IMG/VR virus record: IMGVR_UViG_3300017909_002551
Coordinates: 1 to 57,394 of that record
Strand: one strand, 5' to 3'
DNA length: 57,394 nucleotides
Origin: a virus
This document shows, in pieces, positions 6,540-16,230 of the stretch (positions within the stretch are counted from its first letter, which is position 1; each line of letters opens with the position of its first letter). Under the pieces are notes generated by a model. The model had not been told where the DNA came from, searched no databases, and saw only the letters and a program-made list of their open reading frames with translations. The position numbers and the translations under genes were made by a program.

Positions 6540-6657
6540 ACACACGCAGGCGGTAATGGACCACTTCTTCCGTGTCATGGCAGAGAATGTCATGGACAAG
6601 AAGTTGGCAGACGAAATGCGAGGCTCACGCATTCTCCGTAAGGGCCTCGACACATGA
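6415..6657 (+). CDS. Hypothetical protein (80 aa), coupled to terL
   Basis: GAGGAG RBS before the ATG at 6415. ATGA overlap with the terL start at 6654. Overlaps the 3' 125 nt of 6069..6539 in another frame. Confidence 0.45.
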   Translation: MTEKNKGIVSNPIAEAVPTKISTAELGKAMGQLDLSSVPKHKHTQAVMDHFFRVMAENVMDKKLADEMRGSRILRKGLDT

Positions 6658-8282
6658 GTGTCTCCCGTTCGGCAGCGGCCAAACACCTACTCAAGCTGAA
6701 GGACGCAGAGACCAGCTTCGAGGGCTTTGTAAGAATTGTGGAGCCTACCTTCACCCTGGCCGACTTCCAGCTTGACCTCATCAGAAAGCTAGACAAGCTG
6801 GAGAAGGGGGAGCTTGTAGACGACCAGGGCCGTCCTGCGCGCAACCTTCTGGTCACAATGCCGCCTCGGCACGCCAAATCTACATTCTCAACTGTCCTAT
6901 TCCCCGCCTACTTCATGGCTCGGAACCCGACCAGATACATACTGTCATGCTCGTACAACGCCATGCTGGCATCTGACTTTGGTCGCCAGGTTCGCGACAA
7001 GGCAAGTGGCGTAGAAGTCCAGCAGGCTTTCCCAGACTTCAAGATGTCCAGCGACAGTAGGGCAGCCGATGTCTGGCGCACAGAAATGGGCGGCGCATAC
7101 TTTGGCGTGGGTATAGGCGGCACAACAACTGGCCGACCAGCCAACCTTCTCATCGTCGATGACCCAGTAAAATCCAGAGAGGACGCGGAGTCCGCTACCC
7201 AGCGAAATAAAATCTGGGACTTCTACACGGCAGCTCTATCCACTCGTCTACAGCCAGACGGCCAGGGGCAAGCACCTAGCCAAATCGTTATCCTCACACG
7301 CTGGCACCCCGACGACCTGGCTGGTCGCTTAATGCGGACGCAAGATTGGAAGGATGGTCTGTGGATGCACCTTGATTACCCAGCCATCAAAACGGTCGCG
7401 GGCAAAAAGGTGTCTCGCCGCAGCCTTCCCAAGGAACACCCCATGTATGTCGAGCCTGGTGAGCTGTCCAACCTGGCAAAAGGAAAACGCTACCACCAAG
7501 AGACCAAAGAGGTAGCTCTGTGGCCAGAGCGCTTTCCCCTAGACGAGTTGCGTAGACGTGAACGTCTCAACCCGCGCGACTTTGCATCCCTCTATCAGCA
7601 GCAGCCATACATTGAGGGTGGCAACATCCTGAAGTCAGAGTGGTGGAGCTACTACCCAGAAGACGTGAACCCCACAAACTTCCAGACGGTAATCATTGCG
7701 GCGGATACCGCCTTCAAAAAAACCGAGACGGCTGACTTCTCTGTAGCCATCGTTGCTGGGCTCACCCAGGAAGGCGACATATACATCGTAGACGTGCACC
7801 GTGGACGCTGGGACTACCCTGAGTTGCGCACCAAGCTCATCAATATCAACGCCACATGGCGCGGCAGAGGCTTGCGCGCCCTCTATGTTGAGGACAAGGC
7901 ATCTGGCCAGTCCATCATCCAAGACCTCCGCCGCGAGTCCGGCATTGCTGTCGTCCCCTACAAGGTAGTCAACGACAAGGTGTCTCGCATCAATGGCATC
8001 ACTCCACTCATTCAAGGTGGCAGGGTCTTCCTACCAGAGAAGGCAACGTGGCTAGACGAGTTCGTAGAGGAATGCGTCGCATTCCCAAGTGGCAAGCATG
8101 ATGACCAGGTCGATGCCCTCTCCATGGCTGTGGACGTTCTCTCACGACAATCAGTTACCCCTGAGCAAATATTCGGGTCCCTCGAGGCTGGCAACTCTCT
8201 GATGCAAGAAACCAATGCTAGGCGTGGCTCTATATCCGAGGCTCTTGGCAGAGATATTTTCAAGGGTTGGGGCGAGCTATAA
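6654..8282 (+). CDS. terL: Terminase large subunit
   Basis: ATPase motifs PPRHAKST (Walker A-like), LLIVDDP (Walker B) and LTRWHPDDL. RNaseH-like nuclease half VIIAADTAFKK...YVEDKASGQS...GKHDDQVDALS. Confidence 0.9.
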   Translation: MSVSRSAAAKHLLKLKDAETSFEGFVRIVEPTFTLADFQLDLIRKLDKLEKGELVDDQGRPARNLLVTMPPRHAKSTFSTVLFPAYFMARNPTRYILSCSYNAMLASDFGRQVRDKASGVEVQQAFPDFKMSSDSRAADVWRTEMGGAYFGVGIGGTTTGRPANLLIVDDPVKSREDAESATQRNKIWDFYTAALSTRLQPDGQGQAPSQIVILTRWHPDDLAGRLMRTQDWKDGLWMHLDYPAIKTVAGKKVSRRSLPKEHPMYVEPGELSNLAKGKRYHQETKEVALWPERFPLDELRRRERLNPRDFASLYQQQPYIEGGNILKSEWWSYYPEDVNPTNFQTVIIAADTAFKKTETADFSVAIVAGLTQEGDIYIVDVHRGRWDYPELRTKLININATWRGRGLRALYVEDKASGQSIIQDLRRESGIAVVPYKVVNDKVSRINGITPLIQGGRVFLPEKATWLDEFVEECVAFPSGKHDDQVDALSMAVDVLSRQSVTPEQIFGSLEAGNSLMQETNARRGSISEALGRDIFKGWGEL

Positions 8283-8290
8283 GGACGACC
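8283..8290 (+). promoter_or_regulatory. GGACGACC motif directly after the terL stop
   Basis: ATAAGGACGACC. The same 12-mer occurs at 31148-31159. Confidence 0.3.
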
Positions 8291-8320
8291 CCTCTATAAC
8301 AATAAGGCAAATTAGACGTC

Positions 8321-10234
8321 ATGGCTGAAGACACAAATTTATATGGCGCTGATTACGCTTTCTCTCCGACTGATGGACAGATTGTCGACCTATCTCGCCT
8401 CGCACAAAAACTTATCAATTACGAAGACATCTCCGACGACCTCACAGAGGACGAGGAGCGACGCATTGTGGACTACGTAAAGTCTTGCGTAGACATGTCC
8501 TACAACAAAATTCGTAAGAGGTATGACCATTGGCTAGAATCGGACCGCGCTCACGACGTTTACGTTCCGCCAGATGCTACGCAGTTTCGAGAAAAGGCGG
8601 TAATCGCAGACACCCGCGCAGTTGCGGACACCGTTCTGACATACTTGATGGCAGCGCTTGCGGGCCGCAACCCGATGTTTCAGCTCGAGGGGCTGAACAG
8701 GCAAAGCCGAAAAGTGTCATCAATCCTAGAGCGCGTTCTGCACAGCCAAATGCGCAGGACGGCTGGCGAAGCAAGGCTTGCACAGCTATTGCTCGACAGC
8801 ATTCGCTACGGGTTCGCCCCGACGAAAGTCGTTTGGGACTCGAAATCAAACCAAAACCAGATAGTAAACTTTGACCCACGCCGCGCATTTCCAGACCCAC
8901 GAGTTAGCTGGGGCGAGTGGGACAAGTGGCAGTACGTAGTTTTTACTGACTACGTCAGCTTCAACACACTTATGGGCACGGGTCTTTACCCCAAGCTCAA
9001 GAAACACCCGTCCCTCCGCCACCGCACCGCCCCTCCTCGGAATGCGTGGGCTGCCCACAGATGGCACAAAGAAGAGGGACGGGGCCTAAACATCGACCCA
9101 GCAGCACCAAACCAACGTGAGCGCATGGACCATGCCTACTTCACTCTCGGTGATGCTCGTGTAACAGACGAGTGCTGGGTACGTTTTGCTGGTTATGAAA
9201 TCGGCATCCCATCTATCGAGCAAATCTGGATGGTCGTTACCATCCTCGATGAGCACATTTGCATCCGTATGCAGCTCAACCCATACGGCCAGCAGTTCCC
9301 AGTGGTGGTCGGCGGTCTATATAACGACACCCACAAAACCTGGGGTCAGTCTCTTTACGACCTGATGCTGCCAATGCACGACATTGCAACCTGGCTGCTC
9401 CGTAGTCGTATTGACAACGTGCAGGCCGCGCTCAACAACCTTATCTTTGTTGACCCGACACAGGTCATGGTTCCCGACCTCATTGACCGCAATCCATGGG
9501 GCGTTGTTCGCACTATGCCTGGAAGCAAGCCTGGTGACGGTGTCTTTATTGCTCAAGTCCCCGATGTCACCAAAGGGCACTGGAATGACATACAGGCCAT
9601 GTCAGAACTCAAGCAGCGCGTCTCTTCAGCCAGTGACGCCCAGCAGGGTATGCCAACGCCTGATGTCCGCACCGCAACAGAGATTGCGCGTCTAACCCAA
9701 CTTGGCTCCCAGCGTCTTGGGGTGCTAAGTCGTGTCATCTCTGCAACCACCATCCGACCAATGGTGCGGATGATGACGTCCAATATACAGGACGCACTCG
9801 ACATGACGGGCTCCATAAAAATCGACCCTGACAAGATGCCAGGTCAGTTGGCCGACATGGTAGAGGATGGATACATCGACTACTCGGCGCGCGACCTGCA
9901 AGGGCAAATCGACTATCTGGTCATCGACGGCACGCTTCCTGTTGAGCCTACACGCAACGCAGAGACGTGGATGAACATGCTCCAGATGATGAGCCAGACA
10001 GGTCTCAACATGGAATACAAGATGGGCAAGATTGCAGAAGAAGCAATCCGTGCTCTCGGCATTTCTGACCTTGACCAGTTCCGCATCTCTGAAGAGGAGC
10101 GCGCGCAGGGTGCATCTCCAAGCCAGCAGATAGCTCTAATGGAAAAAATGCGCGGCGCATCAGTACAGCCGCAAGAAAACATTTCGCGTGAAGTCGAAAA
10201 AGGAAATCTCGTACCCATGAGGGAGGCGCAGTAA
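8321..10234 (+). CDS. Portal protein (637 aa)
   Basis: Size and position immediately after terL. No diagnostic motif recalled. Confidence 0.7.
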   Translation: MAEDTNLYGADYAFSPTDGQIVDLSRLAQKLINYEDISDDLTEDEERRIVDYVKSCVDMSYNKIRKRYDHWLESDRAHDVYVPPDATQFREKAVIADTRAVADTVLTYLMAALAGRNPMFQLEGLNRQSRKVSSILERVLHSQMRRTAGEARLAQLLLDSIRYGFAPTKVVWDSKSNQNQIVNFDPRRAFPDPRVSWGEWDKWQYVVFTDYVSFNTLMGTGLYPKLKKHPSLRHRTAPPRNAWAAHRWHKEEGRGLNIDPAAPNQRERMDHAYFTLGDARVTDECWVRFAGYEIGIPSIEQIWMVVTILDEHICIRMQLNPYGQQFPVVVGGLYNDTHKTWGQSLYDLMLPMHDIATWLLRSRIDNVQAALNNLIFVDPTQVMVPDLIDRNPWGVVRTMPGSKPGDGVFIAQVPDVTKGHWNDIQAMSELKQRVSSASDAQQGMPTPDVRTATEIARLTQLGSQRLGVLSRVISATTIRPMVRMMTSNIQDALDMTGSIKIDPDKMPGQLADMVEDGYIDYSARDLQGQIDYLVIDGTLPVEPTRNAETWMNMLQMMSQTGLNMEYKMGKIAEEAIRALGISDLDQFRISEEERAQGASPSQQIALMEKMRGASVQPQENISREVEKGNLVPMREAQ

Positions 10235-10440
10235 TGTCCACCGAAACTATCAATTCGCGGGCTAAGGCCATGGAGCCAGACCTTGAGACGGGTGTTGTCG
10301 ATTACGTGCACGCCGTCTTTGAGCAAGTAAACCGCAACCAGCAGGACTGGGGCGCACAAAACGCACAGCTCATTGCAAAACTACAGGCACGGGTTCGAGA
10401 CCTCGAGATTGAGGTAGAGAACCTGAAAGGAAGGCTCTAA
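10234..10440 (+). CDS. Small coiled-coil protein (68 aa)
   Basis: Overlapping stop/start with both neighbours (TAATG at each end). Heptad-like C-terminus LIAKLQARVRDLEIEVENLKGRL. Confidence 0.5.
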   Translation: MSTETINSRAKAMEPDLETGVVDYVHAVFEQVNRNQQDWGAQNAQLIAKLQARVRDLEIEVENLKGRL

Positions 10441-12461
10441 TGGCTATCACACGTCCCACAGGCGAGCAGCTACGTTTTGTGTCCGTCAATACTGGCGAGC
10501 ACGTTCTCGACACATACATGGAGAACGCAGAGATTGGCGGACGCCAACTCAGTGCGCTTCTTGGCGACATCTTCAAAAGCAGCGACGGCCTTTTTGACCC
10601 AACCATCTTTACATTCCAAGTCGACACAAACGACAACAACAAGCTCGAAGTCCGCGTTGGCACAGGCAACGCTTTTGTAGAAACTGGTGTAGAGATATTT
10701 AACGCGCGCGGCGCATACGCTACGTCTACAGCTTACAAGGCTCTCGACATCGTAACGCAAAATCAAGACACCTTTGTCTGCACAGCGGCGCACACATCAA
10801 GCAATGCGACGCCAGACCTGACCAAGTTCCAAAAGGTAATCAACGGCTCTTTGGTTGCTGACTATGCCAACAAAGTAGACGGTGCAATTACAGGCAGCGA
10901 ATACTCTGCAAAGGCATGGGCGATTGGTGGGGTCGGTGTTACTGACACAGCAAACGCAGGAGCGGCTAAGGAATGGGCGACCAAGACATCAGGCACGGTA
11001 GACGGCACAAACTTCTCAGCGAAATACTGGGCGACTTCAACAGACGTTACCACCGTCTCCAGCAACATCTCAGCGATACAGACGGTCTCCACAAACATAG
11101 CCAACGTAAACACAGTAAGCAGCATAAACGCTGACGTCACTTCTGTCGCTGGCATCTCGAGCAATGTCACTTCTGTTGCCAATGACGCCTCAGACATCGG
11201 AACTGTCTCAGCCAATATCAGCAATGTGAATACGGTTGCGGGCATCTCTGCAAACGTAACAGCGGTTGCTGGGGACGCGGCTGACATTGGGACGGTGGCT
11301 GCAAACCTTACTGGCACCGACACAATCGGTTCAGTCGCTGGGTCTATCGCAAACGTCAACACGGTAGCTGGCATTGACTCGAACATTACGGCTGTCGCCA
11401 ACAACAGTGCCAACATCAATACGGTTGCTGGTGCCAATGCAAACATCACAACCCTTGCTGGCATCAACAGTGACATCACCACTGTTTCTAGCAACAATGC
11501 CAACGTCACAAGCGTTGCTGGTGCCATCACCAACATCAACACGGTCGCAACAAATATTTCCGACGTAAACAACTTTGCTGACACATACTTTGTGAGCGCA
11601 ACAGCTCCGACAGGTGCGAATGTCGGAACTGGTGACTTGTGGTATGACACTGCAAACAATCAAATGAAGGTATACAACGGCAGTGCCTGGGTGACATCTG
11701 CCGCGTTTGCCTCTCTCACCTTGCAGGACTTGTCTAACGTAGCGGCGACTTCACCGTCAGCAAACCAAGTCCCAGTATTCAATGGCTCTGCATACACGCC
11801 AACAGACTTTAATTTGCAAGCCCTCACTGACGTAGGCGCAACAACAACCAACACAATTACAGTTGCGACCCCTACAGCATCTGGCCATGCCGCTACAAAA
11901 GGCTACGTAGACACAGAGGTTGCCAACCTTGTAGACAGCGCGCCTGCGTCATTGGACACCCTAAACGAGTTAGCCGCTGCCCTTAACGACGACAGCAACT
12001 TCGCCACAACTACAAACAACGCCATTGCTGCGAAGCTCCCTCTGGCTGGCGGCACGATGTCTGGAGACGTAGACTTTGACAACAACAAGGCTACTGACGT
12101 CACCCTGGAAAACTTCCAAGAGGTCATGGCCTCAAATACAAACGTCTCTGGCGCAGTCACCATTCCAGACGCAACCAACAATGTGAGCTACACGCTGACG
12201 GGTGACACAACAGTTACTTTGCCAGACACAGACGAGCTGCCGACAGGAACGGCCCGAACAGTAACCATATTCGTGAAGCAGGATGGCACAGGCAGCCACA
12301 CCTTCACATTTGCTGCGCCAGGTGGTTACTCCATCAAGTACAACAGCTCGTCTACGCAGCCAGCCGTAAACGCAGCCGCCAACAAAGAGACCATTTATAC
12401 GGCGCTGTTAGTTAAGGGCTCCACCACAATTTATGTATCACTATCTTTTTATGAGGCTTAG
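10440..12461 (+). CDS. Tail fibre protein with decapeptide repeat array
   Basis: Fibre-type motifs EYSAKAWA / FSAKYWA, GDLWYDTANNQMKVYNGSAW and LDTLNELAAALNDDSNFATT. About 18 copies of xxxN(I/V)xTVAG. Confidence 0.75.
   Translation: MAITRPTGEQLRFVSVNTGEHVLDTYMENAEIGGRQLSALLGDIFKSSDGLFDPTIFTFQVDTNDNNKLEVRVGTGNAFVETGVEIFNARGAYATSTAYKALDIVTQNQDTFVCTAAHTSSNATPDLTKFQKVINGSLVADYANKVDGAITGSEYSAKAWAIGGVGVTDTANAGAAKEWATKTSGTVDGTNFSAKYWATSTDVTTVSSNISAIQTVSTNIANVNTVSSINADVTSVAGISSNVTSVANDASDIGTVSANISNVNTVAGISANVTAVAGDAADIGTVAANLTGTDTIGSVAGSIANVNTVAGIDSNITAVANNSANINTVAGANANITTLAGINSDITTVSSNNANVTSVAGAITNINTVATNISDVNNFADTYFVSATAPTGANVGTGDLWYDTANNQMKVYNGSAWVTSAAFASLTLQDLSNVAATSPSANQVPVFNGSAYTPTDFNLQALTDVGATTTNTITVATPTASGHAATKGYVDTEVANLVDSAPASLDTLNELAAALNDDSNFATTTNNAIAAKLPLAGGTMSGDVDFDNNKATDVTLENFQEVMASNTNVSGAVTIPDATNNVSYTLTGDTTVTLPDTDELPTGTARTVTIFVKQDGTGSHTFTFAAPGGYSIKYNSSSTQPAVNAAANKETIYTALLVKGSTTIYVSLSFYEA
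11041..11580 (+). repeat. Coding 30-nt (decapeptide) repeat array inside the fibre gene
   Basis: NVNTVAGISANVTAVAGDAADIGTVAANL...SIANVNTVAGIDSNITAVANNSANINTVAGANANITTLAGINSDITTVSSNNANVTSVAG. Confidence 0.8.
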
Positions 12462-12463
12462 AG

Positions 12464-12790
12464 ATGACTGTTCGCTACGACCAAATTCATTTGTATGCGA
12501 AGCCAGGTCAGGCAGCCTGCGCCACAATCAGACAGTGGCTGGACGGCAACGGCATCGCATATACAAACCTAGACTACGCCGACCCAACAGAGACGTTGGC
12601 GGCACTATCCACATGGTTTCAAGATGAAGAGGGCAACGACATTGCTTTTGCTGACACTCCTGTTCTTGTTTATGACAGGTTGATGTGGGAGGCAGACGAC
12701 GGGTCTGATAGATATGCCCATCGTCACTACGTCACAGACGTCGAAGATTTACCAGACGATTTCACCACTCTTGCCGAACAGGTGTCCTAA
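12464..12790 (+). CDS. Glutaredoxin/NrdH-fold-like protein lacking the CxxC pair (108 aa)
   Basis: IHLYAKPGQAACATIRQWLDGNGIAYTNLDY...TPVLVYD resembles the Grx beta-alpha-beta layout and cis-Pro region, but only one Cys is present. TAATG overlap with the next gene. Confidence 0.35.
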   Translation: MTVRYDQIHLYAKPGQAACATIRQWLDGNGIAYTNLDYADPTETLAALSTWFQDEEGNDIAFADTPVLVYDRLMWEADDGSDRYAHRHYVTDVEDLPDDFTTLAEQVS

Positions 12791-14580
12791 TGCCGTTACT
12801 TGGGGTCTCATTAAGAGCAGACCCCCTGTTTCCTGGGGGTCAACAAACTTTTACATCGGACGGGACGTTCAATGTGCCTCCTGGCATATCGAAAGTTACT
12901 GTTCGCGCTAAAGGTTTGAACGGCACGGCAGGCTCACCAGGAAGCCCAGGGGCCGAAGGCAGTCAGGGTGCTGTTGGCAATCCAGGCAACCCAGGTACTA
13001 ACGGCGCTGGTGGAGCAGCCGGAGCGGCAGGCAATGACGGCAACCCTGGAAACCCAGGCAACAATGGTGCTGCGGGCAACGGCGGTTCAGCAGGCAACGC
13101 AGGAAACCCAGGAAACTCAGGCAATCCAGGTAACAATGGTGCTGCTGGTAGTGGTGGCGCGGGAGGCAATGCGGGCAACTCGGGTGCACCAGGAAACTCA
13201 GGCACCGCTGGTCGAGGCGGTGGTGGAGGCGGTGGAGGCCAAGGGGGTGGCTTTAAGGCGGCAGGTCCAGCGGGCAGTCCAGGAAACGCCGCCCCATCCG
13301 GCGGTAACGGTGGTGCAGGTGGCACTAGCAATTCTGCAACCGGAGTCCCTGGAAGTGCAGGTAATGTTGGAAATTTTGGTGCCAATGGAAACACGGGCGC
13401 TGGCGGCAACGGAGCAAACAGCGGCAGCGCTGGAAACCCAGGAAACCCTGGGGCAAGCGGCAGCGCAGGAACAGCAGGCAATCCTGGAACAGGAGCAACC
13501 TCTGGTAATCCTGGAGCCGCTGGCTCAGCAGGAACTGCGGGGAATGCAGGGACGGGAGCGGGGTCTGGTGGTGCTGGAAACCCAGGTGCCGCTGGAAGTG
13601 ATGGAACCACTGGGGCCCAGGGGGCCGCTGGCGCAGATGGCGCAACAGGAGCTAGTGGAACGCCAGGGGCTGACTCAGCCTTTGGAAGCTATTTTACCTT
13701 CTCAGGTGGCGCAGGTGGCGCTGGCGGAGCGGGCGGTTCTGGTGGTGTAGGTGGCCCTGGCGGAACTGGGGGTAACGCGGGGGCCGCTGGTAACGACGGA
13801 AACCCTGGCAATCCTGGGACCGACGGGGTCGCAGGCAATGGCGGAGCTGCTGGCAACAGTGGGAACCCAGGCAATGACGGTACTAACGGCGCTGGTGGCA
13901 ACGGTGGCGCAGCAGGTAACGCAGGTAACGCAGGTAACGCTGGCAACTCAGGAAACCCTGGAAACAACGGAAACGGCGGCAGTGGTGGTTCAGGAGGAAA
14001 CCGTGGCGGCGGCGGTAATGGCGGTGGAGGCGCTTCAGGCGGCGTGAATGGCGCTAATGGAAACATTGGTAGCCCAGACGGGAGTGCTGGCACAGGATTT
14101 GGCACTGGCGGCACTGGCGGCGATGGAGCCAGTTTTGGCATCGGCGGCACCGGAGGCCGTGGTGGTCGTGGCGGTAATGGTGGCGGCGGCTCAGGCGGTA
14201 ACGCAGGTGCAAACGGCAGCGATGGGAACCCTGGAAACAACGGTAGCGGCGCGGGTGCTGGAGGCGCAGGAAACGCAGGAAATCCTGGGGCCGCAGGAAA
14301 TAGCGGCAACGCAGGAACGGGGGCCACTGATGGCAACCCAGGCACGGCTGGTTCTGCGGGTAACGCTGGAACTTCTGGGTCAGGGGCTACGTCAGGAAAC
14401 CCTGGGAGCGCGGCTCCGTCAACATGGGCAGGAAAGTCAGGTTCGGCTGGTGGTGCAGGGGCTCCAGGCGGGACGACTGACTATGCAGACCAGGTTATAA
14501 GAATTACCCAAGCCCAGCAGGCGATTGCTCTTACAGTCGCCTCTGGCACTGAAATGACGATTACCTTCGAGCGACAATGA
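12790..14580 (+). CDS. Collagen-like Gly-X-Y / glycine-rich fibre protein (596 aa)
   Basis: More than 35 uninterrupted Gly-X-Y triplets from about residue 45 (GTAGSPGSPGAEGSQGAVGNPGNPGTNG...). Many GNP/GSP/GAP triplets, poly-Gly/RGG islands, and non-repetitive N- and C-terminal ends. Confidence 0.85.
   Translation: MPLLGVSLRADPLFPGGQQTFTSDGTFNVPPGISKVTVRAKGLNGTAGSPGSPGAEGSQGAVGNPGNPGTNGAGGAAGAAGNDGNPGNPGNNGAAGNGGSAGNAGNPGNSGNPGNNGAAGSGGAGGNAGNSGAPGNSGTAGRGGGGGGGGQGGGFKAAGPAGSPGNAAPSGGNGGAGGTSNSATGVPGSAGNVGNFGANGNTGAGGNGANSGSAGNPGNPGASGSAGTAGNPGTGATSGNPGAAGSAGTAGNAGTGAGSGGAGNPGAAGSDGTTGAQGAAGADGATGASGTPGADSAFGSYFTFSGGAGGAGGAGGSGGVGGPGGTGGNAGAAGNDGNPGNPGTDGVAGNGGAAGNSGNPGNDGTNGAGGNGGAAGNAGNAGNAGNSGNPGNNGNGGSGGSGGNRGGGGNGGGGASGGVNGANGNIGSPDGSAGTGFGTGGTGGDGASFGIGGTGGRGGRGGNGGGGSGGNAGANGSDGNPGNNGSGAGAGGAGNAGNPGAAGNSGNAGTGATDGNPGTAGSAGNAGTSGSGATSGNPGSAAPSTWAGKSGSAGGAGAPGGTTDYADQVIRITQAQQAIALTVASGTEMTITFERQ
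13912..13938. repeat. 9-bp perfect tandem repeat x3 in the collagen-like gene
   Basis: GCAGGTAAC x3, encoding (AGN)3. Confidence 0.85.
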
Positions 14581-15281
14581 TATTTGGAAACCCTAAAGTT
14601 ACTTTCACCACATACCCTGACCTTTATGGAATTATTCCAGAGCCCATACCTGCAAGGTCTGTTCTCCCTGATTGGTTTAAGAAACTCAAGTCATTCACCA
14701 GTGAAGACCTAGAGTCCCCAACTAAGTGGCCGACGCGTAGCATCAAGAGATGTCCCCCTGTATTAGACGCAATGGTTAGCGGTTGGCTTCTGCCAACACC
14801 CTCGGAGATTGAGGTTGTTATCAACGAGGATGGCAGCGGCGTAGAGTGGAAAACAGACCTAAACTACTCGGTTATTGAGCCCCACTCTGTAGACCAAATT
14901 AAAGGGCACCCGTCTCTCCCCAAGTTGCCCCTCAAAATAATGAATTACTGGCACATGAAGACACCGCCTGGTTGGTCTACGCTTTTTGTAAGCCCCTTTA
15001 ACAGACAAAACAAATACCACGAACCGATGGCTGGAGTTGTCGAAACAGACAAATACTTGGAGTTTGTCAACTTCCCCAGCTTCTTCAAGCCGACGGGGAC
15101 GACCTTCACTTTACCTCGAGGTTATCCTGTCGTTCAGGCCATACCCTTTAAGAGGGGCATGGGCAGGAAAGCTGATATACGAGCGATGACCCCCAAGGAG
15201 TCTGATGCCCTTGAGCTACTACGCAATAAGCGCACCAGCCGCCCAGGTATTTATCGCGAAACTATGTGGGAAAGAAAATGA
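14577..15281 (+). CDS. Conserved hypothetical protein, possibly cupin-fold (234 aa)
   Basis: ATGA overlap with the collagen-like gene. Motifs SIKRCPPVLDAMVSGWLLP, MNYWHMKTPPGWSTLFVSPFNR and AGVVETDKYLEFVNFP resemble a phage family I recall only vaguely. Confidence 0.35.
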   Translation: MIFGNPKVTFTTYPDLYGIIPEPIPARSVLPDWFKKLKSFTSEDLESPTKWPTRSIKRCPPVLDAMVSGWLLPTPSEIEVVINEDGSGVEWKTDLNYSVIEPHSVDQIKGHPSLPKLPLKIMNYWHMKTPPGWSTLFVSPFNRQNKYHEPMAGVVETDKYLEFVNFPSFFKPTGTTFTLPRGYPVVQAIPFKRGMGRKADIRAMTPKESDALELLRNKRTSRPGIYRETMWERK

Positions 15282-15532
15282 GTAGTGTCAATTACACAAT
15301 CGTAGCCTTTGATGATGTCACACTCGAGTATGTGGTTGCATTCAACGACGATAGAATCAATGTTCCTGCTGTTGTTGTTGACAACGCAGTAGACGCTACA
15401 AAGACAAAGGAAGCTATCGCATCCGCAATTAAAGTTCGTTTATCTGCCCGCTCCCCTCAGGCATCTCCATCGAATTATGTTGACCTTGTCGGCGCAAGCG
15501 CTGCGGTGGATACCTCTTCAGAAGAGGTTTAA
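15278..15532 (+). CDS. Hypothetical protein (84 aa)
   Basis: The ATG at 15278 overlaps the upstream TGA (ATGA). Confidence 0.5.
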   Translation: MSSVNYTIVAFDDVTLEYVVAFNDDRINVPAVVVDNAVDATKTKEAIASAIKVRLSARSPQASPSNYVDLVGASAAVDTSSEEV

Positions 15533-15537
15533 TTCAA

Positions 15538-16230
15538 ATGGCAGTTGATGAAATTACTGATGTCGAGACTCGTCCTGACGGGATTATTCTAACGAAGGTT
15601 GATTATCCCAGCCCCGAGACAATGGTTTGGACACGGGACAAACATCCTGTAGACATTAGTCGAGCACAATATCATCCAGAAACCACCAGTCTTATTAAAG
15701 ACGCCTCCCCTTGGTTTTTCTATACGCCCAGCCCTGACGCATCCGAAGACACACACCTACGCTTCAGCTACCCCATTTTACAGAATGGTGTTAGCGCAAA
15801 CGAAGTAGCGGAGCATTTTGTTTCAAGCGCAGATGTTTTTGACGCTGGCCTAGACCCCGAGACTGGCGTGTTTCAAATCTTGTTAGACTCTTCTGTGTGG
15901 TGGAGGCAAACAGAATGGACGCGAGTATCACCGCCATACTTTCCTCTTTGGTTGCGGCTAGACCAAGAAGTCTTGGTTTCTGGATTGCGACTAGCCTGCA
16001 CGGTGCCGAAAGATAACGACCTCTCTTGGCACCGTTTTGCCCTGCCTGTTTTTGCTGGCAGTTCGGCAGAGGTGCACAGGTCGGGCAATGACTGCTACCT
16101 CATCTCGCTTGAGAGTGACTTGGCCTGCGGAGATAGGACGCTCAGTAAATACAAACTCATCAAACTCTCATCTCCAAGTGTAACCGTCACCCCAACTGAG
16201 GACACAATCCTTTTGAAAGTCTATAGATGA
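15538..16230 (+). CDS. Hypothetical protein (230 aa)
   Basis: ORF track. ATGA coupling to the downstream oxygenase gene. Confidence 0.55.
   Translation: MAVDEITDVETRPDGIILTKVDYPSPETMVWTRDKHPVDISRAQYHPETTSLIKDASPWFFYTPSPDASEDTHLRFSYPILQNGVSANEVAEHFVSSADVFDAGLDPETGVFQILLDSSVWWRQTEWTRVSPPYFPLWLRLDQEVLVSGLRLACTVPKDNDLSWHRFALPVFAGSSAEVHRSGNDCYLISLESDLACGDRTLSKYKLIKLSSPSVTVTPTEDTILLKVYR

Noticed and set aside
10862-11659. 265-aa antisense ORF inside the tail fibre gene
   Set aside because: It is a by-product of the 30-nt coding repeat, which has no stop codons in the complementary frame. It has no RBS and lies fully within a well-supported gene.
12963-14500. Long ORFs in other frames and on the antisense strand of the collagen-like gene (e.g. 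12963..13610(-), 13689..14345(-), 12968..13750(+), 14048..14500(+))
   Set aside because: They arise automatically from the GGN-NNN-CCN periodicity. The antisense reads as poly-Pro/Ala and the shifted frames as Ala/Gln/Glu/Thr-rich runs (AQETQ...). Only the Gly-X-Y frame has coupled start and stop junctions with its neighbours.
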